Below are positions 60,165 to 62,097 of a DNA stretch of 62,097 nt, piece after piece. A program made the position numbers and the translations under genes. Positions within the stretch are counted from its first letter, which is position 1, and the number at the start of each line of letters is the position of its first letter. The stretch covers positions 1 to 62,097 of the forward strand of contig JACPJN010000001.1 in assembly GCA_016187515.1 (NCBI GenBank), read 5' to 3'. The notes beneath the pieces are model-generated. The model made no database searches. It was not told the origin of the DNA and saw nothing but the letters and a program-made list of their open reading frames with translations. Source of the DNA: Candidatus Uhrbacteria bacterium. GTDB lineage: Bacteria > Patescibacteriota > Patescibacteriia > GWA2-47-26.

Positions 60165-62097
60165 ATGAGGAAATACTATGCTTTACTCCTCGCTATGCTT
60201 ATGGCGGGGGGGTTGTGGATAACCGGCAACCCCGCCAGTGTTTTTGCTGCTCCGGGCGTGCCCGAGATACTCAATCATCAAGGCCGGCTGCTTGACGGGA
60301 GCGGCAATCTTCTGGGCGGATCATCCGGTACAAATTATTGTCTCCGGTTTTCTTTTTATGAGGACGCGACCGTCGGGACTCCGGATACCCGTTTATGGCC
60401 GGCTAGCACGCCGGCCACGATGACGGTTGCTGTGCGCAGCGGAGTGTTTAATGTTGGCATTGGCAATACGGCGTCCGGAGGGGATACGCTTACTTATAAT
60501 TTTCAAGATAATGATGAGGTTTATTTAAATGTTGAGGTGGCCAATTCATCAAGCGGGTCCTGCAGCGGCGTGACGGCTTTTGAAACGCTTAGCCCGCGCC
60601 AGCGTATTGCCGCCTCCGGATTTGCGATTAACACCTCAACCGCGGGCGGATTTACGCCGGCACAATCCGCGAGTGGCAGTCAAATTCCAGTGCTCACCTC
60701 GGGCAATTTGGTGCTCGGAGCAACCAATCCGCAATTGAACGCAACCGGCGCTAACACATTAACTTTGCAAGGCGGCAGCGGCACCGGCGACCTGCAATTT
60801 TTTTCCTCCTCAAACCGGATTACTTCCGCCGGCGCGCTGACGGTTGCGGGCGCGTTGAATTCCGCGGGTCTTACGGCTTCCGGAGTCATCAGATTTTCCG
60901 GCTTGGCCAATTGCGATACGCTTGATACGGATGCCTCGGGCAATTTGGCTTGCGGAACCGACGCGTCCGGCAGCGGCGGAGCTTCTGCGTGGTCGGCGCT
61001 TACCGCGCCAACCGGAAATCTCGCGCTTAGTCAGGGAGAATTTACCACCGCTTTAACTTGGAATACCGCCGATACTGCCGCGGCATTTAATGGCCTGACT
61101 TTAGCCATTACCAATGATGCGGCAACTGACGCCACAAATCAGCGGCTGCTTGTTCTTTCCAATGGCAGCGCGTCCGGCGGCACTACTGAAGCGCTTCTTT
61201 ATGCTGATAATGCCGATGACAGCGCGGTTACCGCGGCTCTGCAGATCGGAAACACCGGCGGCGGGGGATACACCACGCTTTTGGACACCCCTTCCTTGGA
61301 CATCTCTGGTGCCGGCGCCATTACTGGCGCCACGGGCATCACTTCCTCCGGAACCGTCACGCTTTCCGGACTCACCACCGCTGGCCCGGTCATCACCACG
61401 GCCTTAGGCGTGCTGTCTTCCGAAGCCAACCTGGTCGTTTCCCGGGGCGGCACTGGCGCCGGCACGTTCACCACCAACGGCCTGCTTTACGGCCAAGGCA
61501 CTGCGGCCATAGCCGCTGCCGCCGCCGGCACCTCTGGACAGTTGCTCGTGGCGAACTCTTCCGGCGTGCCCACCTTTGTCACCTTAGGCACGGATGCCAC
61601 TCTTTCTGCCGCCGGCGCTTTGACCATCGCGGCGGACGCCGTGACCCTGGGCACGGACACGGCTGGCAACTACGTGGCGGCGGTCACCACCTCGGTCTTG
61701 ACCGGTTTGACCGGCGGCAACACTGCGGCGGAAGGCACCAGTTCAGCCCTGGCTTTTGACTATTCCCAAGCCCTTTCCGGCGCGACCCCACGGCGGACCG
61801 CACCATCACCATTCCGGATCGCAGCGGCACCGTGTCCCTTTCCGGCGACACCTTCACCGGTGACGTGACCGGCACCTTAGACGCTTCCGGAGCCACCGCG
61901 CTCACCATTGGGGCCAACACCGTGGCCTTGACCACGGATACCACCGGCAACTACACGGCCTCCATCGCGGACGCCGGCAACTCCACCATTACCGTGGTCA
62001 ACGGCACAGCCGAAGGCGGCGCCGTCACCTTAGATGCGGTGGATCTGAACTGCACCAACTGCATTGGCCCCACCGAAATTACTGATCTGACCCTGGG
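60165..62097 (+). CDS. Large repetitive surface/fibre-like protein; reading frame breaks near 61781 and continues to the window end
   Basis: Signal peptide [28 protein letters not shown]. The frame of 60165 ends at TGA 61866-61868 after low-quality sequence ([16 protein letters not shown]). The -1 frame reads fibre-like [27 protein letters not shown]... with no stop up to 62097. Confidence 0.6.

Overview
62.1-kb gene-dense bacterial fragment, almost entirely + strand. The backbone is housekeeping: hrcA-grpE-dnaK with a CIRCE operator, dnaJ, typA/bipA, a cold-shock gene with a long leader, a DEAD-box helicase, a hom / aspartokinase / shikimate-kinase-like / thrC cluster, mpg, yidC, rdgB and an archaeal-type NMN adenylyltransferase. 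There are two type II TA pairs (vapBC 148-830; RelE/ParE-like 59540-59988). Between these lie many orphan genes, giant repetitive surface proteins (51153-58355; 60165 to window end), a DpnI-like methyl-directed nuclease in an AT-rich islet, and a minus-strand operon with a 1147-aa Cys-repeat metalloprotease. Near-consensus TTGACA-N17-TATAAT promoters, near-leaderless starts, pilin-like domains and the repeat families suggest a small-genome Patescibacteria/CPR-like organism (inference only). I found no rRNA, tRNA or CRISPR array. The most unusual content is sequence architecture rather than a recognisable gene system. (1) Several families of short palindromic MITE/REP-like elements have copies sitting in frame inside eight conserved genes (glycosyltransferase-like, grpE, dnaJ, a DUF4258-like gene, a dehydrogenase-PEBP fusion, mpg, a GerMN-like gene, NMN adenylyltransferase). 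(2) Three diverging copies of one gene's 3' end bracket two single-gene cassettes, like tandem integration scars without an integrase. (3) A ~250-nt promoter-to-terminator unit occurs twice (20664-20946; 24243-24543) and is a candidate unclassified structured RNA. (4) Split direct repeats carry a terminator, a promoter and a decayed gene start (18141-18309 versus 22193-22632). All product calls come from motif recognition by eye, with no database search.
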